A stretch of DNA of 33,135 nucleotides from a bacterium. GTDB taxonomy: Bacteria > Patescibacteriota > Gracilibacteria > BD1-5 > UBA2023. The stretch covers positions 1 through 33,135 of the forward strand of contig JAYWGH010000016.1 of the NCBI GenBank assembly GCA_043778375.1, read 5' to 3'. Below the pieces are notes generated by a model. That model was not told the DNA's origin. It saw only the letters and a list, made by a program, of their open reading frames with translations, and did not search any database. Position 1 is the stretch's first letter. Each line of letters begins with the position of its first letter. Shown here piece by piece: positions 1-9,917 of this stretch. Position numbers and translations under genes: made by a program.

Positions 1-2
1 TA

Positions 3-239
3 GACGCTGAATTTCCAGGTGATAGGGCGAGCACGTGTGGCGGACTCATGCAGGCGATCGATCTCACCCAAAAAAAGCATAAGTGACTTGTGATCCTCCA
101 TCACTGTAGTAAGTGTGGTAAAGAGATCACTAATATCCCCGCTCCAGATGATGAGATCGCGGAGTTTATGATGCGACTCCCGGATATACGATTGCAGAGG
201 CAAAAGGGGCGAAAAGCGGTAGATATTTACTCAATTTAG
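3..239 (+). CDS. RNHCP-domain protein, C-terminal part (truncated by window edge)
   Basis: Reads DAEFPGDRASTCGGLMQAID...G(TGA 84-86)LVILHHCSKCG...APDD to TAG 237-239, matching the PGDRAxxCGGLM / HxCxxCG pattern. Confidence 0.8.
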
Positions 240-241
240 GT

Positions 242-799
242 ATGCGAAATTGAGCACAAAACCTCTGGGATGTAGCAGGACTCCAAAAACCTGCCACTCC
301 AGTAGTCAGAACGTCACCTCCAACTCAAGTTAGTCGGGTACTTGAGCGTACTCTCGAGCTTGCAGACAGAGCAGAACGAGTAAGACTCCAAATGATCGAA
401 ATAGCTAAAAGAGAGGTAAACACTGCACTTGATATACAAAGGCGGAGTACTATTGAGAGAATAGTACAAGAAGCAGTAGAAGGGCTTCGAGATAAGATGA
501 GTACGCGATTTACTCGGAGTATTGGGAGGCGTAACTCTGTTGCTGAGTATGTAAATGATTTGAGTTTTTCACTCATGTGAGACTGTACGCTTGGTCACTA
601 TAAAATCTCCTTCCGTCTTGTGAAGGAAATATCTGATACCACAGGTCGCTATGATACTCTCTATATTACTGATGGGTACTCGCAAGAGTCTATAAAAGAA
701 AGTCTCAGGAATAAGACACATAGCGGTGTATATGTCCTAACATGAACTATTGTTTCCCTCATTATTTTCCGAGCTATTAAAGATAGTTTCTACAGATAA
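242..799 (+). CDS. hypothetical protein (185 aa, code 25)
   Basis: ATG 242 to TAA 797-799 is open when 3 TGA are read as Gly; includes ORF-track fragment 392-580. Confidence 0.6.
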
Positions 800-834
800 G
801 TAATCCCAAATTTGAGTCCATAGGCTCCTCAAGT

Positions 835-1776
835 ATGACACAACACATGTACGACCAAGTTATCGAGCACATCAAATCTCTCACCTCCCCAATCGTCATC
901 GGAGTATCAGGCGGGATTGATAGTATGGTGCTTCTGGCACTCGCTCTGCGTGCTAAGTCTGCGAGCGATATCATAGTGGTGCACATCGATCATGCTATAC
1001 GCCCAGAGAGTCATCTCGATGCGGAGTTCCTGAGAGCATCCTGCAAAGGGCTCGGTGTTGAGTGTGAAGTCATACGAGTGGATGTCCCTAATCTCGCTAC
1101 GAGTAAAAAGATCTCCCTCGAGGCCGCAGGCCGAGAGGCACGATACGCCTGCTTTGAGCGAGTGCGCGCGTGTCACTGAGCCTTGTCTATTCTCACAGGG
1201 CATCACGCGGGGGATCAGGCAGAGACAGTGCTCCTCAATCTTATCCGTGGAAGTCGACTGCGTGGTCTCTCGGGTATGCAGAGCACTCAATGAGTCCTCG
1301 TGCGTCCAATGCTCACTCTTTCAAAGTCAGATATCACTGCGTATGCAACTGCAGAGACAATCCCTTTTGTAAAAGATGCTACGAATACCGATACTGCTTA
1401 TCTACGCAATCGCATCAGACAGAATATCCTCCCGGAGATGGCACTCATCAATCCTCGCATAGAGGCGACTCTGTGTGAGCTCGCGGAGTATGCTCGAGAG
1501 CTCGATCAGGCTCTCGAGGGTCTCATCGGAGTGTATCTCACAGGTGAGAGCATCAGTGAAAAGGAGTTCGCTAGTCTCTCCCCTCTCCTCCAACGAACCC
1601 TCATAGAACGGCTCTACGCTCGAGCTCATAATGAGAGTACGATCGGTCTCTCGAGAGGCAATATTGATGAACTTTGTCGATACATCTCTGAGGCTACTGG
1701 TGGCACGAGCAAGGATCTGGGAAAACTCAAGCTCACAAAAAAAACACGAAAGGTGTACTGGAATTATTGACAATAG
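835..1776 (+). CDS. tilS: tRNA(Ile)-lysidine synthetase, short form
   Basis: VSGGIDS PP-loop, [34 protein letters not shown]...YLRNRIR; fragments joined through TGA; true stop TAG 1774-1776. Confidence 0.95.
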
Positions 1777-1793
1777 AGTATTGCAAGTATAGT
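1767..1793 (+). promoter_or_regulatory. sigma70-like promoter TTGACA-N15-TATAGT
   Basis: TTGACA 1767-1772, TATAGT 1788-1793, ATGs at 1798 and 1801 (leaderless geometry). Confidence 0.55.
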
Positions 1794-1797
1794 AGTA

Positions 1798-2172
1798 ATG
1801 ATGAAAACATTTCTCCCCTATATTTTTGCAGGCAGCCTGAGTCTTGGAGGATGTACAAATGATAAGGGTCCCCCTCCCCAACTAGAGTATGCAGAGAATT
1901 GAGTAATCGCTATACTTGTAGAGAAAGTACGACTCAAAGTAGGGAACTGTAGTAATGAAGCAACAGTCCTAGAGCTGGCACAAGAAGGTATTGATATACA
2001 CGAAGATGAGCACTGACTTACTGCTTCAAAAGTACAAAAAATATGTCTGACTCAAGAGATAGAGCCTTACGAGGGTGTAATATTTATAACTGACCGTGGT
2101 CACTATTTCAGTGTAAGTGGGGCAAATAACTCCAAGTATAATAAACTCCACTTCGCTCCGAGTCTTATCTAA
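1798..2172 (+). CDS. putative lipoprotein, hypothetical
   Basis: MMKTFLPYIFAGSLSLGGC signal with lipobox-like LGGC; 2 in-frame TGA; TAA 2170-2172; absent from the ORF track. Confidence 0.65.
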
Positions 2173-2753
2173 ATATCACTCCCTTGAGCCCCTCTATCTC
2201 AGGAATTCGTAGATGCCCTCCGCTCTCGATAGTGTGGAGCTCAGCCGTAGGGATCTTCTCTCGGATATAGAGAGCATCAGCGTACGGCACGACCTCATCA
2301 TCGAGTGCGTGCCAAATATGAATATTCTCGGTCCTCCCTGCTATTGCCTCCCAGTCCGCAGGTTCAGTAAATGAGCCCTCATTATAACATGCCGCCATGA
2401 GATGGAGTTGCCGTGCTTTGAGGTTTCTTTCAGTCAGGTACTTGATGAGGGAGTTCCCCCCGAGTGAGTGACCTATCAAAGTGATCTCCACATTGACTGG
2501 CAGGAGCTTTACCAGACGATCCATGTAGAGTCTCCACTCAGTATAGTGTGCATTTATACCACTCGGAAACTCTGGACTATAGACTGTATAGCCACAACTC
2601 AGTGCCTCTTTTTTAATTTTACTTTTCCAGCTTTCGGGGCTGACCTCTTGAGTATATTGTTCTATCCTGTAGTCCTCGGCGATATAGCTATATGTACTCA
2701 TTGTGGGTCTTCCAAGAGTGTCCCCCATGCACGCAAATGAGTACCTTTTTCAT
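2165..2753 (-). pseudogene. alpha/beta hydrolase (RBBP9/YdeN family), frameshifted near 2690 (pseudogene or sequence error)
   Basis: N-terminal MKKVLICVHGG... from ATG 2753 hits TAG 2688-2690; body with GHSLGG, WHALDDEVVP, GGH is in another frame. Confidence 0.75.
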
Positions 2754-2754
2754 A

Positions 2755-4002
2755 TTATCCCTCGATGACTGTTTTGGATTTCTTTGCAGACTTCTTGGCT
2801 ACAGGTACGACGAGCTCTCACGTTACTCCCCCATTCGGGAGATGCTTATCAGCGATCTGATTGGCGATTTGCTGTTGTGCGAGCATAAAGAGTGTCCCGA
2901 TAAACCAATACATTCCAACTCCATACGGAAAGTAAATAGTCGATATTCCGATCATCAAAGGCATCCCATAGAGCATGAATTTATTCATAAGATTTGGGTC
3001 TGGCATCATAGAGTTTGGATCTCGAGTGGAAGTATCTATCGCGGGCTTGCCACGCTGAGAGAGCCAGATCTGTGCAAATTGTGTAAACCCAACTATGAGC
3101 GCAAGACCCACTCCGATCACTCCTCCCATCTTGAGGAGATCAACTCCAAAGAAAATGTGCTCGATACGAGTGATATCAAAGTCTTTGAACAAAGTATAAA
3201 AATAGTACACATTACTGTGATCCTGGATCGAGATGAGCACCCAATAGAGAACAATGAGTATGGGAGTCTGGATGAGGAGTGGGAGACACGAGCCGAGTGG
3301 ATTTACCTTTTCTCGCTTGTAGAGCTCCATGAGCTCCATCCCCATTTTTGCCTGGTCTCACTTGAACTTTGCTTGGAGAGCTGCAATCTTTGGCTGTATT
3401 GCCTGCATTTTTCGAGCAGATACGAGCATCTGATGCTGAGGTACGAGGAGAATAATCCGTACTATGATCGTGATCGCGATAATCGCGAGTCCGAGCGAGT
3501 GACCTGGGAGATACTCTATAAGTCCGATGAATAGATTGAGAACTGGAGCATAGAAGAGTGTGGCGAGAAGTGATCGAAAGAATCCTCGTTCCTGTACTTC
3601 TACCGTAGAAGTAAGTGGCTCAGAAATCCCTGGGAGTGCCAGCTTAAACCCTATATTCCCAGGCTTGGTGAATATCGCCGTGAGTGCCGTAAGATCGATA
3701 TCGCCGCTGGATTTTGCTCCTACTTTGATATCTCTACAAAACGCTCCGTCACTCTCGGTAGTGGCAACTGTACGGAGATCCGCGAGAACTGTGAGATCCC
3801 GACAAGTATTAAAAGCGAGCTCTGTATCAGAGGGATTTTGTACCGTAACTTTTGGATAGTTTGGGACTACCGTACTCGTCTTTGAGAGCACAAGATGAGG
3901 AGCAGTCGGAGCCTGCTTGGTCTCTGGCTTTGGGAGAAAAATATTGAGGAGTAGTAGACCAATAAAGGTAACTATGAGTATATTGAGGAGACGATCTTTC
4001 AT
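2755..4002 (-). CDS. yidC: membrane protein insertase YidC
   Basis: GLAIIAITIIVRIILL, KMQAIQPKI, KFK-G(TGA 3358-3360)-DQAKM, VNPLGSCLPLLIQTPIL, GMYW; stop TAA 2755-2757; downstream of rnpA. Confidence 0.95.
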
Positions 4003-4010
4003 GGGAAGTT

Positions 4011-4415
4011 TTAGAGTTTTGGAGACTTGATAGGAGTGCGGTGCACGATGCGTACTGGAGGGACAGTCGAGGCTCCAGCAAATACTTTGCGCAGGAGATG
4101 ATCTATATCAGCCTCAAACTGGGCAACCATCGCAGAGTCCTTACGGTTACAGATAATTCACTTTTTGACGACTATCGCGACATCAAGTCCAGGGTTTGTG
4201 AGGTATTGCCTCGTCAAATCATAGAAGTTGCGACGATAGAAGTTGCGATCTACACTCGTTTTTGCGACCTTCCCCGAAAGGATAAGACCAAAGCGCGAAA
4301 TCTCAAGTGAGTTTCGGATCACATTCGCGATCGCGAAATTTGAAAAGAAAGGTTTTTTATATTTTAAAACCTTTCCTATTTGATTCTCGGTAAGACGAAA
4401 CGCCTTTTTGATCAT
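4011..4415 (-). CDS. rnpA: ribonuclease P protein component
   Basis: RFGLILSGKVAKTSVDRNFYRR (RNR motif); reads through TGA 4158-4160 to TAA 4011-4013; between rpmH and yidC. Confidence 0.9.
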
Positions 4416-4420
4416 ACAGA

Positions 4421-4696
4421 CTACTCAGCTACTGCCTTCTTTGCGGTAGTTCCTTTTGAAGGTCTAAATTTCTGGCTAGAGCCTGGGTATCGCACCACTC
4501 GCGCTGTACCTCCAGCGACAATGTGCATTTTGGATTTACCATTCGTCATCTTAAATCGGTTTGGATAACTCACCGCAAGAACATGTCGACCCTTTCGGCG
4601 TCGAGCTGCAATTACCTGAGATCCACCCTTTGTAGTCATACGAGCAAGAAATCCGTGGATTCGGAGTCGTTTTCTTTTTTTGAACTTACCAATCAT
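4421..4696 (-). CDS. rpmH: 50S ribosomal protein L34 with long C-terminal extension
   Basis: [34 protein letters not shown] motif; upstream of rnpA. Confidence 0.95.
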   Translation of the reverse strand: MIGKFKKRKRLRIHGFLARMTTKGGSQVIAARRRKGRHVLAVSYPNRFKMTNGKSKMHIVAGGTARVVRYPGSSQKFRPSKGTTAKKAVAE

Positions 4697-4716
4697 ATTT
4701 AAAAATTTATGCGCGA

Positions 4717-4744
4717 ATAATAGAGAAAAGTACGCTCAAGTCAA
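4717..4744 (-). promoter_or_regulatory. predicted rpmH promoter TTGACT-N16-TATTAT
   Basis: Hexamers at 4739-4744 and 4717-4722 on the minus strand. Confidence 0.55.
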
Positions 4745-4830
4745 AAGGAATTGCTCTGAGAGTGTAATTTTGCTCACGAGATTTTGGAGAACGACAAGTT
4801 TGACTATTCTACAGATAATTTTACTCCCCT

Positions 4831-5580
4831 ATGCTAACTCTCCCCGTCGCTATCGCCCTTTGATTTACTCTGCTTGCATCGTTTTCTGGGTATATATTTG
4901 CCAGACGCCACCTCAGTAGTACTTTTCTCGGACTCCTCATCGGAGTTGGCGCTGGAGCGATGACGAGTATCTCACTCACACATATCCTCCCCGAGGCAGC
5001 TCTGAGCTCGCAGTATGCGGGAATAGCATTTTTTATAGGGTTTTGTCTCGTGTTTCTCCTGGATTACTTTCACTGTACGCATCCGCACGCTGGTCATGAG
5101 GAGGCTCATGACCACAAGGAGCATGAGCACTCACATGCTCGGCCTCGATCGGTCATGAGCTTTATAGGACTATTTGTGCATACCGCATTTGACGGAGTTG
5201 CAATCATGAGTGCTTTTGGAGTCTCGGTAGTCACAGGATCTATCGTCACATTTGCGGTCATCATCCATCAAATACCCGTTTCTCTCGCACTTGCGGGGAT
5301 AGCGGTATCATCAAAGTATACCACGAGGCAAGTACTCGCACTCTTTGGAGCTTTTGGTGGATCGGTGATACTCGGAGCACTCATCCTCGGACTTCTCCCA
5401 CTGGGGGCATATGAGCCACTCATCCTCGCAGTTGCAGGAGGAAGTCTCCTCTATATCGGAGCCTCTGATCTCCTCCCAGAGCTCCGTGGACACTCGAGTG
5501 CGGGGGTACGTGTGATACTGAGCTTTCTCCTCGGAGGAGCTATCCCGATCATTGCGCATCTCGCCCTCCACATGCACTAG
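4831..5580 (+). CDS. ZIP family metal (Zn) transporter
   Basis: GVGAGAM, HILPEA, His-rich loop, HTAFDG, IIHQIP, AGGSLLYIGASDLLPEL; start ATG 4831 via TGA 4861-4863. Confidence 0.9.
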
Positions 5581-5586
5581 AATCTT

Positions 5587-6315
5587 CTACTTTGACCACT
5601 CTGCCTGACGAGTGAGTGCATTTTCAGCGGCGACGGATTCTGCCTTTTTCTTACTGGTACCTGCACCCTCCCCGATCAATCGCTCTCCATAGTACACCCC
5701 TATGCGGTAGATTTTATTGTGATCAGCCCCTATCTCCTCAAGGACACGGTAAGTTGGAGTTGTCATATCCCAAGACTGGATAATCTCCTGGAGGTGGGAC
5801 TTTGGGTCTACATGGAGCGAGCTCGCGAGGATGGATGGGAGAGTTGAGATCACATGGGTATGTATAAGATCGCGAGCAGCATCAAACCCAGCATCGAGAT
5901 AGGTACATCCGATAAGCGCCTCGAGCACATTTGCGAGGATATAGGGGTTTGTAGCTCCTCCAGCCTGCGCCTCGCCGCGAGAGAGGAGAATGAGACTCCC
6001 AAGGTCAAGTTTTGAGGATATATCAGCAAGGTTGCGCCCCCGCACGAGCGCTGAGCGAATATCAGTGAGCTTCCCTTCTGCGGCATCTGGGTAAGCACGA
6101 TATAAATAGTCGGTCGTAATCAGCTCGAGGACTGCGTCACCAAGGTACTCCACTCGCTCGTTACTCTCTGCGAGCATATACTCGTTGAGTGCTGAGCGGT
6201 GGTAAAACGCGAGGCAATACGCAGCACTCTGTCGGTACGGAATTTCGAGAGAAATGAGAAGTTTTTCTATTTTCTCTTCAAATGCCGACTCTTCAAACTT
6301 ATTGGATCGTCGCAT
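5587..6315 (-). CDS. rnc: ribonuclease III
   Basis: NERVEYLGDAVLEL signature, EALIG, and a dsRBD (DPKSHLQE...SKKKAE). Confidence 0.97.
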   Translation of the reverse strand: MRRSNKFEESAFEEKIEKLLISLEIPYRQSAAYCLAFYHRSALNEYMLAESNERVEYLGDAVLELITTDYLYRAYPDAAEGKLTDIRSALVRGRNLADISSKLDLGSLILLSRGEAQAGGATNPYILANVLEALIGCTYLDAGFDAARDLIHTHVISTLPSILASSLHVDPKSHLQEIIQSWDMTTPTYRVLEEIGADHNKIYRIGVYYGERLIGEGAGTSKKKAESVAAENALTRQAEWSK

Positions 6316-6318
6316 ACA

Positions 6319-6801
6319 CTATGGGGTTACTGTGGATCAAAAAAATAATGGCGCTCGTGGAATAATCGTACTCACGATGGTAGATTTATCATCTCGAACT
6401 TTGCCAAGGACTCCATTTACAAGCTCTCGAGACGCATCATCAGAAAATCTCTTTGCGAGCTCGATCGCCTCATTGATCGAGACTTTTTCTGGGACTTGCT
6501 CACTCTGGAGGTAGAGCATCTCATAGGTCGCGATCACGATCGGGAGGAGGTTGATGAGTGGCATGATCGCTACATCAAACTTTGGGGCATAGTGGGCAAA
6601 TATCGCGAGAAGTGCCCCCTCGTGGCGAATAATACCATCAAACATCTCGATAAAGTAGGGGTCTTCATACGCTTGTCCCACAGGCATCGTGTAGTAGCTC
6701 ACTGCAAAGTCCTCACGACTAAAAGTATCGCCGAGAACTGACCGCGCGTAGAGGGATTGGAGGAGGAATTCTCGAGTCTCACGACGGGTCAGTTTGCGCA
6801 T
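6319..6801 (-). CDS. nusB: transcription antitermination factor NusB
   Basis: RRETREFLLQSLY, VSINEAIELAKRF, VNGVLG; reads through TGA 6337-6339 to TAG 6319-6321. Confidence 0.93.
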
Positions 6802-6827
6802 GTTCAAGGTCAAAATAATACGCAACT

Positions 6828-6854
6828 ATTATAGCGAAAACGGTGAGAGAGCAA
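6828..6854 (-). promoter_or_regulatory. predicted nusB promoter TTGCTC-N15-TATAAT
   Basis: Perfect -10 at 6828-6833, -35 at 6849-6854. Confidence 0.55.
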
Positions 6855-6869
6855 GGGGATTACTTATTT

Positions 6870-7739
6870 CTAGGGCTTGAGTGGGATTTGTATTTTATAC
6901 CCCCCTGAAGCTCAGAGCTCTTTTGCAGTATTATTTATAAATAACTGAACCATACTTATCCCCATCTCAAGAAACTCGGGTATTCCCTTCGGATTATAAA
7001 TAACAAAATTTCATATTTCTGGCAAGAGTGGTCCACTACGAATTTCTGCTTTTGGGAAATGAGCTATGATAGTTCGAGCCATTTCTTCATAAAAATCTGC
7101 GGTTTCAAGAGCAAGTGGCACTCTATTTTTATCTGGTTTACTTGTAAGTAAAGCAGCTAATTGTATTTGTACTGTCATGTTAATATATGCAGCATCTCAG
7201 GAGTAAAGAGTAAAATTAATATTTGGAATAAGTTGAAAAATAGTGTCTTTCACTTTCATAACCACTCTCTGGAAATGAATTCCAATAGATCTTGTTTTGC
7301 CACCATAAAATTTCTGGTAGTCATTTGGAGTTTCAAGATGTTCTCATCTGCGAATATCTTTCCAAAACTTGGAATGCATTCAAAACTCTTGAGTCACATA
7401 CTTACCCCATGATATAACATTTGTGAAATCTATTTCCGCATAGGTGTTAAAAGAAGTCTTATTTTGTAAGAGTGCATCTATACTTGGATCTCGGGCAGTT
7501 TTTCTCACCTCTATTTTAGGCTTAAAAAGTACAGGTATCTGCTGAGTATTACGATCAGGTATCATCGGAAAATCAGATGGTAGAAGTGCAGCAGTTTTAC
7601 CAGCAATAGCTGCAGTAATGGTTTCATACCTGAACTGATAACTTAGAGTTCCCGATACTGGATAACCAGCAAAAGTGTTGGATGAAACTTTTACCTGAAA
7701 TACTGATGGCCTTCATGTACTATCATCCATTCAATTCAT
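6870..7739 (-). CDS. hypothetical protein (289 aa, AT-rich, many TGA-Gly codons)
   Basis: ATG 7739 to TAG 6870-6872 is open only in code 25; contains track fragment 7380-7565. Confidence 0.7.
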
Positions 7740-7838
7740 ATCAATATACAAAAATATTACTAGTCAAACTATCCTATTCTCGACTTGCTTTTTTGCAACA
7801 AAAAAGAGGCTAAGGCCCCAACTTAATAACGAGTAAAA

Positions 7839-8072
7839 TTATGCTCGAACTTTTGTTACCTTTGGACCCTTTGCTCGAGGAGTGTAGACCTTACGACCTT
7901 TGTACTCACCTGTTATGGGAGATGCAAAGTGTGCGAGTCCGAGGACATTACCGAGCTTATCGTATTGGAGAACAATAGAGTTCTTGATCTTGCGAGCCTT
8001 TTCAAATAGCCACTTACCGTGACGTTGTCCTGTCTGGACTTTGGAGGCTTTTTTGGGAGGTGCGAAAGTCAT
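7839..8072 (-). CDS. rpmF: 50S ribosomal protein L32, cysteine-free variant
   Basis: APPKKASKVQTGQRH start, H...GEYKGRKV motif; upstream of nusB-rnc. Confidence 0.85.
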   Translation of the reverse strand: MTFAPPKKASKVQTGQRHGKWLFEKARKIKNSIVLQYDKLGNVLGLAHFASPITGEYKGRKVYTPRAKGPKVTKVRA

Positions 8073-8094
8073 AGGTCTGTTATTTAGTGCGCAG

Positions 8095-8122
8095 ATATTA
8101 GAGAATGTGGGTCTTTTGTCAA
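8095..8122 (-). promoter_or_regulatory. predicted rpmF promoter TTGACA-N16-TAATAT
   Basis: Hexamers at 8117-8122 and 8095-8100. Confidence 0.55.
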
Positions 8123-8160
8123 AAGAAATTTTGGGCGCTTGGTGAGTCTCTCGAGCATGT

Positions 8161-8190
8161 AAAAAGCCGCTCGATGTACGAGCGGCTTTT
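8161..8190. terminator. intrinsic terminator hairpin
   Basis: AAAAAGCCGCTCG-ATGTA-CGAGCGGCTTTT, a GC stem with A/T tails downstream of minus-strand ORF 8237-8611. Confidence 0.85.
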
Positions 8191-8236
8191 GGGTCAAAGC
8201 TCCTTGCGAAGATGACTTAGGGTAGGGTTAACACTC

Positions 8237-8611
8237 TTATCGAAGCTTAATTCGAAAACTTGTTACCCCTAACCTAACTGGCTTATCAGGCGGCATAAGC
8301 CTCCTGATCTGCTCTGTCAGTGCTTTGCTAGCAGCCAGCTTAGCCACTTCAGTCTTTTTTTCCACTAGCAGATCCTGAAGCGCTTTTTTTGTTTTGGCTT
8401 CTTTCGCTGCTGATTCAGTTTGCACGAGTATCTTTTTCACAGATACCGCAATACTCGGGTGATACATTTCTATAGCCACGATATTCGCTCTAAGAAATGA
8501 GGCTTCCGCTTCGCCTACGAAGCCGTTTTTACTAAAACACTCCGTCATGAATCTAGCCTTACTGCCGAGGTCTGGATCTACGACATGAATGGTGCGAGTA
8601 ATTTTTGCCAT
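8237..8611 (-). CDS. hypothetical protein
   Basis: MAKITRTIHVVD... preceded by SD-like GGGGTGATC; TAA stop followed by the terminator. Confidence 0.6.
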   Translation of the reverse strand: MAKITRTIHVVDPDLGSKARFMTECFSKNGFVGEAEASFLRANIVAIEMYHPSIAVSVKKILVQTESAAKEAKTKKALQDLLVEKKTEVAKLAASKALTEQIRRLMPPDKPVRLGVTSFRIKLR

Positions 8612-8868
8612 GATCACCCCCGCACTGGCTTCATAACAGTAACTGAAGTAATCCACTCAAGGAGTTCTCTTGGCGCACTTTTTAGTGCCTCAAAGTTTTC
8701 CTGTAGCCAGGCAATAGCTTCAGTACAAATAACTTTTCCATTCAGCATTGCTGCGTGGATTTTTTTGGCTGCAATCAAGGGATTTCCGAGCGCAGATTGC
8801 TCTGCAGAACGGAGGTCGCGGAGTGTGAAAACACCGTCTCCTCGCTGATAGTTTTTCTTCTGTGCCAT
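8578..8868 (-). CDS. hypothetical protein (ends at 8614 if TGA acts as stop)
   Basis: ATG 8868 preceded by AAGGA and TTGACA-N15-TAATAT (8926-8952); code-25 stop TAG 8578-8580. Confidence 0.55.
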
Positions 8869-8986
8869 ATCTCATTTCCTTCTTTTTTGTTTACACCTTC
8901 AGACGGAATGTCTTCCAGCAAAAACATATTATTCAGACAATTTTATTGTCAAGTGACAACGCTCTCAAAACAGGAGTAAACTCTCC

Positions 8987-9889
8987 CTAGGAGTTTTTTA
9001 TGAGTTTTGAGATATAAAATCCTTCATAGTTCGCATCTGGGAGTATCGCTACCCCATGCTCATCTGGGACACACTGTGCTCCGAGTACTGTGAGATCTGG
9101 CACTTCCAAACTAAACCCTCGGTGTGTACGAGCAACTGCTGATATAACATCGCGGTTTTCCTCGTGACCGAGAGTACAGGTAGAATATACGAGTACTCCG
9201 CCTGGAGCGAGAAGCTCGAGAGATCTCGCAAGGAGCTTTTTCTGGAGGTCCGACCTACGCAGGAGATTGGCAGGATCGATATATTTCCATGGCTCATCAC
9301 GATCGACAGAAAGTCGCCCCATACCCGAGCACGGTGCATCGAGGAGGATCGCACTAAAAGTCCCAGGCACCAGTCCTGCCATGTAACTCAGGCCCTCTTG
9401 CCTAACGATCACAGTATTGGTCACCCCTTGGAGGACAATATTATGTCTGAGTATATCTGCTCGCACTGGTGACTTCTCAAGTGCTATGATCTCGCCAGTA
9501 TTCGCCATCATCGCCGCCATCTGCGTAGTCTTAGAGCCAGGAGCTGCGCACACATCGAGCACCCGTGCCTGAGCACTCGGGGCGAGTACCTTAGCCGGGA
9601 TCATACTCGAGAGAGACTGGAGATAAACGAGTCCCTCTCGAAAAAGTCGTGACCCCTTAAACGCGTACTCATGCTCTCGTGCAAACTGATACGCTCCCAC
9701 AATACTCGGGACAGGAGTGACTTCAAAGCCCAGGAGTGCTATGGCAGCTGCGAGGTCTTTTTCGCTGATTTTGAGGGTATTTCGACGAAAACTCGATGGA
9801 CGAACCCCCTTAAATCCATGCAATATTTGCGTAGCGATCGCAGGAGAGTAAGATCGGGCGAGAAGTGATTGTACAAAAGAACGAGACAT
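8987..9889 (-). CDS. RsmB/RsmF (NOL1/NOP2/Sun) RNA m5C methyltransferase
   Basis: YLQSLSSM, LDVCAAPGSKT, LLDAPCSG, LVYSTCTL..EEN. Confidence 0.93.
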   Translation of the reverse strand: MSRSFVQSLLARSYSPAIATQILHGFKGVRPSSFRRNTLKISEKDLAAAIALLGFEVTPVPSIVGAYQFAREHEYAFKGSRLFREGLVYLQSLSSMIPAKVLAPSAQARVLDVCAAPGSKTTQMAAMMANTGEIIALEKSPVRADILRHNIVLQGVTNTVIVRQEGLSYMAGLVPGTFSAILLDAPCSGMGRLSVDRDEPWKYIDPANLLRRSDLQKKLLARSLELLAPGGVLVYSTCTLGHEENRDVISAVARTHRGFSLEVPDLTVLGAQCVPDEHGVAILPDANYEGFYISKLIKNS

Positions 9890-9917
9890 ACCCTCATTAC
9901 ACTCAAAAACCCCACAC

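Noticed and set aside
2692-3534. 280-aa plus-strand ORF and similar long antisense ORFs (14769-15482, 28042-28587, 11924-12385)
   Set aside because: They overlap well-supported genes on the opposite strand and carry no recognisable motifs
4697-4830. oriC or dnaA next to rpmH
   Set aside because: The divergent gene is a ZIP transporter and no cluster of TTATCCACA boxes is present
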